Of a stretch of 64,000 nucleotides of DNA, positions 1 through 12,288 are shown in pieces. The position numbers and the translations under genes were made by a program. Source of the DNA: the human T2T-CHM13v2.0 reference genome, Homo sapiens. Where the stretch lies: NCBI RefSeq assembly GCF_009914755.1, contig NC_060936.1. One strand, written 5' to 3'. The notes below the pieces were generated by a model, which worked only from the letters and a program-made list of their open reading frames with translations, ran no database searches and had not been told where the DNA came from. Each line of letters starts with the position of its first letter. The stretch's first letter is position 1.

Positions 1-9
1 AAGTGCTAT

Positions 10-520
10 GAAGTTTTTAAAACAAGTCCGCAAATCCCTAGATATTCCTACCTTCAAGAGGCAATACCTGCCTCCTTCCACTTGCAACTGGGTGAACCTT
101 AGTGACTTGTTTACAACCAATGGAAGGTAGATAAAATGACCCTTCAGTACATGATTTTTGACATTATATTTTAAAAAGATGCAGCTTCTACTTTGCTCAA
201 TGGAACAATCACACTGGAGGACTGAGCCACCTGGTAGGAAGACCACTTAATCTGAAACCACTTTATCTGAAACCACTTTATCCCACCATATTGTGAGGAA
301 GCCCAAGCCGCGGGGTCAGCCTCTAGCTGGGGTCCCAGCCAAAGGTTATCACCAATCACCCAGTGGGAGAGTAATTGGATTCACTTGATTCCAGTCCCTG
401 GCCATTGACTCTTCCCAGATAAGTCCCCACACATCTTGAACAGAAACAAACCATTCCCATGTTCCTTGTCTGAATTTCTGACCTGTAGAAACCTTGGATA
501 AAATAAAACAATTATTTTGT
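10..520 (+). mobile_element. Old MaLR LTR fragment (MLT1E/F/G-like)
   Basis: Motifs such as 'cttagtgacttgtt...accaatggaa', 'tgtgaggaagcccaagcc' and 'tgaatttctgacctgtagaaacc' resemble MLT1 LTR consensus; subfamily uncertain. Confidence 0.6.
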
Positions 521-1590
521 AAGAATTTGCAAGTTTTTGCATGGCTTCTTCCTGCAACAAGAGCCTTTCACTGATGTTGGTTTCTTTGTCGTTCTTAAGG
601 CTCCCTGCAGCCATCTCTAGAGGCTCGGTTTAGTCATCATTTCCACCCAGTGGCCTCCACCCTAGATCTGGATGAGGATGGGCCCCAACATTGTGTTTCC
701 ACATCACCCCGGGCATGCCGTCCTGTCCTCCCCACACGGTTTGATCTTTACATCCCTCTGTGTCTATTTCTCCCACCATCATGTGAGTGCCTCATCCAGG
801 AGGGACTGCATCGGGTCCTCCTCACCTCTGAGCTCTCATCTCCTTCCTACCTTAGTCCATGGCAGTGAATGAGCATCCAATAAATCCATTTCTAATTTGT
901 CTTGAAAAGAGACAACTGGGGTCTCGGATGAAACCACGCAAATCACAATGTTCTGAATGGATATCAAAGAGTGGCCTCATTAATTAGATATAGGACAGGG
1001 AGCAAAAGCTGTGTTCTTGAATAAAATTGTCTGTAAATAGCTAGACTTAAAGCAACTAGTGTGATTAGATCAAGAAAGGTATCAGAAAAAAGAAAAAAGC
1101 AGCTTTGTATTTACAAAAAAAGAAGAGAAAGGATTTTCATATATAAAAGCAGTAGGCGCTCAGAATCCAGAATTGATGCAACAAACAAGGTGAGGCTCTT
1201 TTTTAAGAAGTGATTCGTTATCTAGACCAGGTGACATTTATTGTCTACCTAGTCAGATATTTAAAATAAGATTTTTGACAAGTAGAAAAATATGTTCCAG
1301 GCTTGTCTTCTAAGTAGGCAAAATATTAACTTGAAAGAAATTATTCGTTTGTACAACTCAAAGGAAAAATAGAACAGAAAGGGAAAATAGAACAGAAAGA
1401 AAAAAAAACTATAAAGAAAGGAATTTCATCTGGCTTTGAAGAGTTACCTATTCCTTAGGTGATTAAGCAAAGAAGAAAGAAGGAAAACATACTGTAAGGA
1501 ACAGAAGGAAGAAGAAAAGGAAGGAAAAAAGGAAAGAGAAAAGAGGCAAAGAAAGAGAAAGGACAGAAGAAAGACGGGGAATTCTATGGG

Positions 1591-1720
1591 TGATCTCTCA
1601 AGGGAATATTTTAGCGCCTTTGGCAGGGAGCAAAGATAAAATCAAAGAATGATTTTCTCTTGTGTATACTAATTATGTGAAATGGATCATCTCTAAAGTC
1701 TGCACCACTAAAATTAGAAA
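1591..1720 (+). repeat. Local dispersed duplication A, copy 1 (partner 4437-4566)
   Basis: Ungapped 130-bp alignment, 13 mismatches counted by hand (90%). Confidence 0.95.
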
Positions 1721-1756
1721 CACACTCAGGAGGTGTTTAGATAAATACATGGATAA

Positions 1757-2078
<322 letters not shown>

Positions 2079-2113
2079 CATGAAATTTAAATGACTATAT
2101 ATTAATTTAAAGG

Positions 2114-2472
2114 TGATATGGTTTGGCTGTGTCCCCACCCAAATCTCATCTTGAATTGCAGCTCCCACAATTCCCACATGTCATGGGAGGGACCCAGTGG
2201 AAGGTAATGGAATCCTGGGGGCAGCTCTTTCCTGTGCTGTTCTCATGATGGTGAATAAGTCTCACATGATCTGAAGGTTTTATAAAGGGGAGTTTTCCTG
2301 CACAAGTTCTCTTCTCTTGTCTGCCACCATGTGAGACACGACTTTCACCTTCTGCCATGATTGTGAGGCCTTCCCAGCCACATGGAACTGTGAGTCCGTT
2401 AAACCTCTTTCTTTTATAAATTGCCCGGTTTTGGGTATGTCTTTATCAGCAGCGTGAAAATGGACTAATACA
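2114..2472 (+). mobile_element. THE1B-like MaLR solo LTR
   Basis: Starts tgatatggtttggctgtgtccccacccaaatctc, ends ggactaataca; perfect 5-bp TSD AAAGG at 2109-2113 and 2473-2477. Confidence 0.93.
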
Positions 2473-2609
2473 AAAGGTCTTTCATAAAAGCTTCTTTAAT
2501 ATGTTGAGTTTCAAGGGCATGGTGGTGAAAGCTCTAGAGTAGCTTTTCCCGTGGCTAACTCCTATGACTCGGCTTTGCGTGATCAGCATCCTAAGTGAAA
2601 CAAAGCCGT

Positions 2610-3467
2610 CTAAAAATCCACATCCACTGGGAACCCCAGAATGTGCCCCTGAGTGGACATAGGGTCTTTGCAGATGTAATTAGTTAATATGAGGTCATGC
2701 AGGATTAGGGTGGGCCATAAACCCAATAGAACTGGTGTCATTACAAGAGGAGGACACTCACAGACACCGACCCTCAGAAAAGAAGGCCAGGTGAGGATGG
2801 AGGCGGAGACGGGAGCGATGCAGCCACCAGCCAAGGAAACCCAGGAGTGCTATGAGCTGGAAAAGGTGAGGAGGGGCTCCCCTAGAGCCTGCAGAGAGAG
2901 CGTGGCCTGCTGACATGGAGATGTGGGACTCTAACTTCCAGAGCTGTGAAAGAATACATTTCCGGTGCTTTAAGCCCTGCTATGGACTGAACTGTGTCTC
3001 CCACAAAATGTATGTGTTGAAGCCCCCAATGTGACTGTACATGGAGGTAGGGTCTTTAGAAGGTAATTAAAGAATTCAGCTTAAATGGGGCCACAGGGGT
3101 GGGGCCCTAATCAGGCAGAACTGTGGTTTTATAAGAGGAAGATTAAGACTGTGGTCTCATAAGAGAAAGAGAAAAGGAAGCTTCTCTCTTTCTCCTCTCT
3201 CTCTCTCTTTCTCCCCTCTCCCATGCCCTCTTATCCCCACGTGAGGATACAGTGAGAAGGCACCATCTATAAGCCAGGAAGAAAGCCTTCAGCAGAACCC
3301 GCCCATGCTGGCACCTTGATCTCAGATCCTCAGCCTCCAGAAGTGTGAGGAAATAAATTTCTGTTGCTTTATCCACCGAGTCCGTTGTGTTTTGTTTAGC
3401 AGCCTGTGCAGACTAAGACAGCAATTCAGATTGTGGTCATTTGTTTTGGAAGCACAGGAAACTAATA
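2610..3467 (+). mobile_element. MLT1C/B-like LTR interrupted by nested MLT1A (2978-3420)
   Basis: agggtctttgcagatgtaattagttaa...gaggtcat; breaks at ttaagccc and resumes as ttgtggtcatttgtt...ggaaactaata after 3420. Confidence 0.8.
2978..3420 (+). mobile_element. MLT1A-like LTR (nested)
   Basis: Termini tgctatggactgaa...gactaagaca. Confidence 0.85.
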
Positions 3468-3513
3468 TAATCAGATTGTCAAAGTTTATGGAGAACCGTA
3501 GGCATTGTTATGA

Positions 3514-3972
<459 letters not shown>

Positions 3973-4436
3973 TAATATATGTTTTCAGCACAGGTACAGC
4001 TTAATCCTCTTTTTTTGGCTCTTGACCTCATCAGTGGAGAGGAACCATAGGAGACAGGGAACAGGGTTCTCTCCAGCAATCCATGGAAATGAAGAGTGAC
4101 TGAAGGCAAAGCTCTCTGCTAGCAGGGGGGTCGTCCTCCACCTTCTCAGAGCCCCAAACATGCAAGTAACAGCCTCTGCTCTTCCCGGATCTGCGGGGAC
4201 CATCTTTAAATGACAGCTCTGGTGTGGAGTGACTGGATGTATGCTGGTGGGAGGGGTGTGGGAATATCCAAACCCAGAGGTAAGAAAAGGGAGAAAAAAT
4301 CTCTCCTCTCATTGGAGCCAAAGCAGAAGGTGAAAAGGTGCATTGGCGAGACTGTAACATAAGGAAAGGAAGGAGGAAGAGAAGGAAGGAAGAAAGGAGC
4401 AAGGAGGCAGAGAAAGGAGGCAAGAAAGGGTGGGGC

Positions 4437-4566
4437 TGATCTCTCAAGGGGATATTTTAGTCCCTTTGGCAGGGAACAAATATAAAATCAAAGAATAATT
4501 TTCTCCTAGGTATACTAATTATGTGAAATGCGTCGTCTCTAAAGGCTGCACCACTAAAATTAGAAA
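4437..4566 (+). repeat. Local dispersed duplication A, copy 2
   Basis: tgatctctcaagggg...ccactaaaattagaaa matches 1591-1720. Confidence 0.95.
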
Positions 4567-4614
4567 TAGAGGCATCAACAGACTTGCCCTTACAAATAGA
4601 GTCATCAATAGACT

Positions 4615-5390
4615 TGGCCTAATAAAGCCCCACAAACTGGGGGTCTTGAAACCACAGAAGTTCCTTGCCTCACCATTCTGGCGGCTGGAAATCCAGTATC
4701 AAGGCCGTGGGGCCACATTCCCTCTGCAGGCAGGTGCTAGGGAAGGATATACTCCCTACCTCTCTACCAGCTTCCAGTGGTCACTTTGCTTGCGGCAGCA
4801 GAACTCCAATTTCACAGGGCGCTCTTCCTGTGTGCATGCCGGTCTCTGTGAATAAATGTTCCCTTTTGGTAGAGATGCCAATCATACTGGATTAGGGCCC
4901 AGCCTAGTGACCTTATTTTAACTTGATCATCTGCTGCCTCAGTCCAGGCTGCTAGAATAAATGTCCTAGACCGGGTGGCTAAAACAACAAATGTTCATTT
5001 CTCACAGTTCTGGAAGCTGGAAGTCCAAGATCAAGGTGCTGGCTGATTCAGTTCCTGGTAAGAACTTACTAAGACTTCCTGATTTGCAGACAGATCCTTC
5101 TTTCCTATGTCCTCACGTGGTGGAGAGCTAGATCATGTCTCTCATATATCTTCTCATTAGGGCACTAACACCCGTCATGTCGGCTCCGCCCTCATGACCT
5201 GACCACCTTCCAAAGGCCCCACTTCCTACCACCATCACATTAGAAATGAGGAGGTTTAACATATAAATTTTAGGAGGTCACATTCAGCCCATAACACTGG
5301 CATAGACCCTGTTTCCAGGTAAAGTCACATTGACATGTACTGAGGGTTAATTCTTCAGCATCTTGTATGGAGTACAATTCAACCCATAAT
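4615..5390 (-). mobile_element. MLT1C/B-like LTR interrupted by nested MLT1A-like LTR (4935-5296)
   Basis: ccacaaactgggggtcttgaaaccacagaa...ttaacttgatcatctgc, then a second LTR (tgcctcagtcc...cacattcagcccataaca), then agaccctgtttcca...caattcaacccataa. Confidence 0.8.
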
Positions 5391-5429
5391 AAGTACTGAA
5401 CTCTACAAGGTATATCTTTATTCTGTGAT

Positions 5430-5640
5430 TTTTTTTTTGAGACACAGTCTTGCTCCGTCACCCAGGCTGGAGTGCAATCATGGCTCACTGAATCCTCGAC
5501 CTCCCAGGCTCAAGTGATCCTCCTGTCCCAGCCTCCCGAGTGCTTAGGACCACAGGCCCCCACTACTACGCCCAGCTAATTTTTAATTACTTTGTTTTGT
5601 AGAGATGGGGGTCTCACTATGTCACCCAGGCTGGTGTCAA
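5430..5640 (-). mobile_element. Alu (AluJ-like), 5'-truncated
   Basis: Poly-T, right monomer and part of left monomer; J-type 'atcatggctcactg...gtctcactatgt'. Confidence 0.9.
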
Positions 5641-5764
5641 ATGGAAAAAAAATAATATATACTCTTAAACATATAGCTTTCTGATATTAAGTTCAATTAC
5701 TTAAATAAATTATATTAAATAAAATGTTGAAAATTAACAGCACTCTGAAAACTCTAAGTGGAAT

Positions 5765-5940
5765 AGAATGAGGACAGGATCGAGGGTCTGGTGGTTTTAA
5801 GTCCACAACCTAAGATTCGTGTGGCCTCCAGCAGCTCAGTCAACCTAGGAACCTTCCCTTCTTTGTTAACAAAATGGAAATAACACTATTTCGCAAAGCT
5901 GTTGTGAAGATTAAACGTGGATAACGTGCCTAAAAAGTCT
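5765..5940 (+). mobile_element. MIR
   Basis: Core-like 'aaaatggaaataaca...gctgttgtgaagattaaa'. Confidence 0.6.
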
Positions 5941-6082
5941 ATGATATGGTAAACCACAGTATAACATTCCTGCAATTCATAATATTACTAATCACATATT
6001 CACACTATTGATGTTCCTCATAAACTGGAACTAGTAATGCTGAGGTCGGCTAGTGGTTCGAGCTCTAAGATAAAGGCATTGA

Positions 6083-6099
6083 CTGCCACCTGGTGGCAG
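6083..6099. promoter_or_regulatory. Candidate CTCF site (palindromic)
   Basis: ctgccacc-t-ggtggcag; minus strand reads CCACCAGGTGGCAG, a close match to the CTCF core. Binding not shown by sequence alone. Confidence 0.65.
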
Positions 6100-6949
6100 C
6101 GTACTGTAGTGTCAATTCTTCAACTTTCTCGCCAAGGTAAATCACCTGGTGATGATTGCTTCGTCTCCAATTCCAAACAGAAAAAATGAGAATCCATCAT
6201 CGTGTAACTCCACAATTGAACCTATTAAATGTAAGTTCCAGATGTTAAGGCTATATGCTTAAGATCAAAGAAGATTTGGAGAAGGGAGTTTACCTTATTC
6301 TTCCCTAAGCCATGAAATGTGGGTGATGAAATCTGGGATGGTTAACTTTAGCCTCAGTAAATTGTCTTCTCTCCCCTTTTGCTCACAGGGCCTGGTAACA
6401 GAGTGAGTGTTTAATTAATATGTGTTCGGCGAAATAATGAAGAATGTACTATTAATAATAACAATACCTTATTTTTATTGAGCACCTAGTATATACCAGA
6501 CCATTTCAAAATGGATTACTCAGGATGTGCAGACTATCTCAGTATTCACAGGGATTGGGGCATGCAGCAAAAAGGCCCTTGCTCAGAATATCTGTAGGAG
6601 TAGATAGGAGTAAAGATTCAGGACTTAGAAACAAATTTAGAAATGGGCTTACCACGTGCATTCGCTTTAGAGATGCTTATGGACTCCCCATTAAACAGAG
6701 ACAGCTGGTAAACACAACAAGCAATTGGCAAATACATTTCAGGATCAAAGCTTATAATCCTTATGGGCCATTTACATTCTCAGGTGAATCTGTGCTACAA
6801 GGTAAAGATGTGTCCCACCCACACTTTGGAAAGAGGTAGGTCTCAGAGCCCAGAAATGCCTTTAATATAGGGGTTGTGAGAGTTAATAAGGTCTGCGAGC
6901 TCATAAAGACCCTTATGTTCTTAGCAATATAACTTACAGTTCCTATTTC

Positions 6950-7287
6950 TTTTCTTTTTCTGTTTCTTTTTTCTTTTCTTTTTCTTTCTTTGTTTTTTGT
7001 TTCTCTGAGACACGGTCACCCAGGCTGGAGTGCAGTGGCAACATCTTGACTCATTGTAACCTCTGCTTCCTGGGCTCAAGCAATCCTCCCGCCTCAGCCT
7101 CCTGAGTTGTTGGGACTACAGGCACATACCACTCTACTCAGCAAATTTTTTCGTATTTTTGGTAGAGATTGGATTTTACCATGTTGCCCAAGCAGGTCTT
7201 GAACTTCTGGACTCAAACAATCGGCCCCCCTCGGCCTCCCAAAATGTTGGCATTACAGGTGTGAGCCACCGGGCCCATGCCCAGGCC
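6950..7287 (-). mobile_element. Alu (AluJ-like, diverged)
   Basis: T-rich tail then antisense Alu dimer. Confidence 0.92.
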
Positions 7288-7302
7288 TCTCATTTATTCA
7301 CA

Positions 7303-7476
7303 CAAGAATCCCAACTGTACATATTTCCTTTAATCCCCCCAAAAGACATGTATCAGATTGCTTCTGTGATTCTTTGTTTGATTAAATTTTTTTTGCATGT
7401 GTACTCCTTAAAATTTGGAAATAATATAGGCTGATTTTTAAACCTCATTATTTAAAGACGAGGCAAAAAATATTCT
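7303..7476 (+). repeat. Local dispersed duplication B, copy 1 (partner 9670-9840)
   Basis: Collinear blocks caagaatcccaa, aaaagacatgtatca, actccttaaaa, tggaaataatatag, aaaaaatattct. Confidence 0.92.
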
Positions 7477-8039
7477 AAGGTCTGCATTTTTGCTGAATTC
7501 CCTAAGAGATTTTCAGTTCCTCAGAGCAGCCGTGGAGGCATATCCAGGAGCCGATGGCTGAAAGATTTGGATGAATCTGCTGTTGCTGGAGAGTCACTAG
7601 GGGATGCCTGTTCATGCCTTCCCTGATGCTCAACTAAAGGATTTAAAATGAGCAAATTTATATTATAAAAGAAAGGAACGGGGGCCTAGGGACAACATGA
7701 CCCTCACACCTTTGACTGGCTTTTGAGTTAAACACAACAAAACCTGTAGACTCCTGCGGGGACAGCACCTACACCCGCGCAGGCGACAGGGAGGGACGAC
7801 GACCACAGGCACCCGACTCCTCGATTTTCTGGCCCCATGTTGGCTCCAGCAGGTGTGACCCAAAATCAACCTGAAGTTCTGTCTGCTCCTGGAAATTCAC
7901 CTGCAGAGGGTCAACAGCTGCCCCTTTGCCTAACTTGGGGCCACACCCCTCGTGCCTCCAGAGGCCAGGCAGGGACTCTAGGTGAGGGAAGCTGGATGCG
8001 GGAGTGTCCTGAGGAATAGGAGCGGGCAGGCCCATTTCA

Positions 8040-8265
8040 ATGGGTGGCGGCTACTGTCTAGTGTCAGCCAATTGCTGCTGTGAAGGGCATGAGCTCAGAC
8101 TTGCCAGATCTTCCAGTTTTCCAAGAGAAGCCCGTGAGGTGGCTCTCAATATTTAAATGCTGGAAATGGTATATGGTCCCCCCAAAAAAATCACAAGGAA
8201 AAACACACGAGCTCCAGATTCCTTATGGGGTCTGATTCCATATGGAGGCCACTGCCTCTGGCCAA
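8040..8265. mobile_element. MER102-like hAT DNA transposon fossil
   Basis: 'ttgccagatcttccagttttccaagagaagcc...tttaaatgctgg' resembles MER102. Confidence 0.55.
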
Positions 8266-8579
8266 AAACATTGAAATCCCCAGATTCTAAGTGTTCGAAT
8301 CTATGGTAATTTTGCTCCATTTGTCTTCTCCAAATGTATCCCCCTCGTTCCAGTGTTTTTCTGTTGTTACTTCCAAAGTTTAATCTTCCCTTAGGGATAC
8401 TTGTACCCACAGACCTCCTTCTAGTTTTTCCCCTCTTGGAATGTCCCTATGACTCTCCTGAGTATCCATGAATAACCATCTCTCAAGTCAACACATTATG
8501 AAACTCTTCCTTTTCTGAATTTGTTCTCTTCTTCATGTCCTTAGAATGTTCCCCCAGTCTTTCCACCATTTATTTTTCT

Positions 8580-9072
8580 CTATGGGGAAGGCCACCATCT
8601 ATTATCGAAACTGAAGATGTCAGACACGCACTCTCCAGCCATTTCTATAAGTATTGGTGTCCACAGACCAGTTCTGCCCAAAAAATTATTAAAGGATACC
8701 TTTCTACTGCTTCTGACAAAAGTTATTTTGTTCTCCATGATATAAATTGAGATGAATTAGGAGGCCTCTTACCCATTCCCTGGTCTTCCTGTCTTTGGTT
8801 AGTACTTTATGAAGGCGTGATGGTTGGGGCTGCAGCAGCTGTATTGCAACCATGAAGACAAATGCTTAAGGATAAAAAGCCAATATGGCAAGAATGATTG
8901 GGCAAACGAATGGAGATATTCTAGGTCTTCAATGACTCTGCTGGGCCCTCAAGCCATCTCTTGACTGCCTTCCTCCACGCCTCTTATTCTTGAAACTGTA
9001 GCAACCCCATTGGACAAGCTACTTTGAGGAGAATATTTCATACCTGCTTTTGAAATCATCCTAACTGAAACA
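8580..9072 (+). mobile_element. Old ERVL LTR (LTR33-like)
   Basis: 'ggggctgcagcagctgtattgcaaccatgaag' and 3' end 'atcctaactgaaaca'. Confidence 0.55.
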
Positions 9073-9669
9073 TACACTGGTATTATTCACCCTCTCCTTC
9101 GGCTCTTGGTATGCTTCTCATCACAAAAAGGCTTGCATTTTTGTTAACTTCCTTAAGAGCTTTGAAGTTCCTGAGAGAAGAAACTATTGTGTTAGCGTTT
9201 ATGGAGCATCTGTTTTATGTCTGCTTCTATATTTGTTTCTGTGCTGTGCTGTCTGTCCAAGTACACATTCCTCAGCACATACAGTGAGGAAGGACCTGAC
9301 CCCCACCCACCATACCCCACCTACCATCTGGCTTCAGGAGTGGGAGTGTGAAGCCTGTGTGACCCATTAGAACGATTCACTTTGCAGCCTCAGTAATTGG
9401 TTCAGGCCCATGTCTCAATCGTAGCCAATGAAACTCAGTTTCAAGACTTTTGCAGACCTAATAAGAAGTGAGAAAAAGAACTCTCACTCTGGACTTGCTG
9501 ATGCCGTAGCCCTGAAGACTTTCTGGGTAATCTCAAGGGGAGAGACTGAGCAAGAAAGGAACCCACAAAAATAAGAGCCGAGTCAAGAATGTTGAGGGGC
9601 TAAAACCACTATGAGAGCTAGTAGTTACTCTTATATTCATGTTAATTTGCAATTCCCATTTCTTGAAAG

Positions 9670-9840
9670 CAAGAATCCCAATGAATATGCAGTTCTTTTA
9701 ATCCCCTGGTAAAAGACATGTATCATATTGCTCTGCAATTCTTTATTTGCTTATTTTTTGCATATAAACTCCTTAAAATATGGAAATAATATAGACTAAT
9801 TTTTAAAGCCCACTATTAGAGACAAGTGAAAAAATATTCT
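9670..9840 (+). repeat. Local dispersed duplication B, copy 2
   Basis: Matches 7303-7476. Confidence 0.92.
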
Positions 9841-10041
9841 GAGCAATTCCCCAGATCCAAGAGATCACAGAGTGTCTGCATCTCATCGGAGGGCCGGTCA
9901 CACAACACACAATGCGGCCAAGAGCTCAGCAAAAATTGATGCCACCACATCAGGGTTACAAATGCCAACTTCAGAATTTGAATCATTAACCCAACATTTA
10001 ATGTTCTGCCTAGGACATGCTAAGGGAGGGACAAACATTCA

Positions 10042-10341
10042 TTTTTTTTTTTTTTTTTTTGAGACAGAGTCTCGCTCCGTCACCCAGGCTGGAGTACAGT
10101 GGCATGATCTCGGCTCACTGTAACCTCCAGTTCCCGGGTTCAAGCGATTCTTCTGCCTCAGTCTCCTGAGTAGCTGGGACTACAGACATGTGCCGCCACA
10201 CTCAGCTAATTTTTTGTATTTTTAGTAGAGACGGGGTTTCACCATGTTAGCCAGGATGGTCTCAATCTCCTGACTTCGTGATCCACCTGCCTCAGCCTCC
10301 CAAAGTGCTGGGACTACAGGTGTGAGCCACCACGCCCGACC
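10042..10341 (-). mobile_element. Alu (AluSc-like)
   Basis: Full antisense Alu; TSD gggagggacaaac on both sides. Confidence 0.96.
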
Positions 10342-11111
10342 GGGAGGGACAAACTTTGTAATGCTCCAGGCCAGCACACGAGACCTGAAAAGAGAAGGTA
10401 TTTCCGCCTGCTTTGTATCACCTTTGAGGCAGACTGAACTCCGGGATCGAGTGTTGCCTTTGAACAGATCTGGAAACTTGTGAAATTTTAAAAGTGTAGT
10501 GTCACTTCTGTTGTTGGAGAATGGAAAGCGCTTTTCTCTTTCTTTCCTTCACAGCGCTCCTTTCCTTGCTTCTGTTCTTGGCACGGGACGCTTCTGGTGG
10601 GTTTGTCCCCCTTGGAGACCCGCGAGTGCCGCGCATGACTGTCACGTTGGGCTTTCTTGCTTCCTGCAGCGTCCATAACATTTTTGCTTTATCACTGACA
10701 GCACCTTCTGTGGATTCTGGAAGCTCTTCAGTCCCATGAAAGGAGCTCCCTCCACACCCCAGCAAAATAGGTTTGCTCAGAGAAAAGCCCAGGGAGAGAA
10801 TCTGTCTGGAAACAGAAAATGAGGGAGGGCAGGAATAAGAAAAGAGAAAAATAGAGGAGGGCTCTGCTATTTTTAAGTAGAACATTCTTTTCTCTTCAAA
10901 ATCCACATGTTGAGCTGGGAGAGAGGAAAATTCATGCTGAAAATGGATTTTTATTGACAGCAAAGTACTTGTAAATGGGAATCTATTTTTGACGAGTGCT
11001 AAAAACAAAGCCCTGCTTTGGGGAAATAAACCGTGATTGGCATCATATTTTGTTTGTCTGCTGCAGGCCACCGTCTCCAGTAGAACACAATGCATATTTA
11101 TTTAATTAGAC

Positions 11112-11113
<2 letters not shown>

Positions 11114-11165
<52 letters not shown>

Positions 11166-11176
11166 GTCTCTCTCTC
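11114..11176. repeat. (CT)n microsatellite
   Basis: Long uninterrupted ctctct run. Confidence 0.97.
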
Positions 11177-11494
11177 CTTCCCTTTGCAAGATTCCAGATT
11201 TAGACTTTGACAGCATCTTGTTAACAAGGAGACATATTCAGTGGATTTCTGAGCTCCCAGAGTTCTGTCCTTGGTTCTTTCAGCAGCTCTACATTTTGGG
11301 ACACTCGCCTGTTAGACTTTGCCGTCACCATTAACTATTAAAAATATTGATTAAGCTCTTACTCTGTGTAAAACGGTGTAGGGGAATCCAGAAACTAAAG
11401 GAGCTCAGATTCCTTTATCTGAAATTTGGAGTCCATCAGTCTGGCTGCCATCTTTGTTAGGGGCCTCTAAGATGTGCCCTACGAAGTAGCAGAT

Positions 11495-11725
11495 TTTTTT
11501 CTTTCTTTCCTCCTTTTCTTTCTTTTTCTTTTTCTTTTCTTCCTTCCCTTTTTCTTCCCTCCTTTCCTTCTTTCCTTCCTTCCTTCTTTCCTTCCTTCCT
11601 TCCTTCCTGTCCTCCTTCCTTCCTTCCTTCCTTCCTTCCTGTCCTCCTTCCTTCCTTCCTTCCTTCCTGTCCTCCTTCCTTCCTTCCTCTCCTCCTTCCT
11701 TCCTTCCTTCCTTCCTATCCTTCTT
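11495..11725. repeat. (TTCC)n polypyrimidine tract
   Basis: About 230 bp of ttcc/ttct repeats. Confidence 0.95.
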
Positions 11726-11807
11726 AGTCTGGGTTCTGAACAAGTTGAAATATAAAAAAGATTAAAGATGAGAGGAAAATATTGCCTTAATTACTAATAA
11801 AGTCTCA

Positions 11808-12288
11808 GGTAGGTAGAAAAATGCTAAAGATGCACCCCCTGTAAAAATGCTCACACCCTAGTCCCTGAAACCTGTGAGTATGTTAAGTCACATGGAAAAG
11901 GGGAATTGGAGTTCCAAGGAGGGTTGCTGATCAGCTGTGGGAAAGTGCTCCAGGTGCGTCCAGTGTAATCCCAGTGTCCTCAAGTGAGAGAAGAGGCAGA
12001 GGACGTGGGGTCGGGGATGTAACTGTGGAAGAAAGGCACGGAGCGGTGAGACATTGCTGGCTTTGAAGATAAAGGAAGGGGCCGTGAGCCAAGGAATGTG
12101 GGCAGCCCTCAGCAGCTGGAGGAGGCGAGGAAATGAATTCTCCTCTGGAGCCTCCAGAAAGAGCACAGCGCTGATGACAGACTTTAGTCTTCTGACCTCC
12201 AAAACCTTGAGATAATACAGTTGAGTCGTTTTGAGCTGCTATGTGGGTGGTAATTTGTCACAACAGTGATTGATAGGAAAATAATGCA
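11808..12288 (+). mobile_element. MLT1D-like LTR
   Basis: 'tgctggctttgaagat...gggccgtgagccaaggaatgtgggcagcc...ggtaatttgtcacaacag...aataatgca'. Confidence 0.8.

Noticed and set aside
2369-2381. PRDM9 hotspot 13-mer position in the THE1B-like LTR
   Set aside because: Reads ccttcccagccac, which fails CCNCCNTNNCCNC at two fixed positions; the copy in the 26415 LTR (cctccccagccat) also fails.
6100-6112. Possible CTCF upstream (zinc finger 9-11) motif ctacagtac on the minus strand
   Set aside because: It sits several bases closer to the core than the canonical spacing as I recall it.
7760-7769. REST/RE1-like ggacagcacc in a small CpG cluster (also near 14495)
   Set aside because: Only the right half-site; no TTCAGCACC left half at the proper spacing, and the CpG cluster is too short for an island.
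10502-11095. 197-aa minus-strand ORF in unique, mildly CpG-rich DNA
   Set aside because: No recognisable homology, domain or exon structure; compatible with chance.
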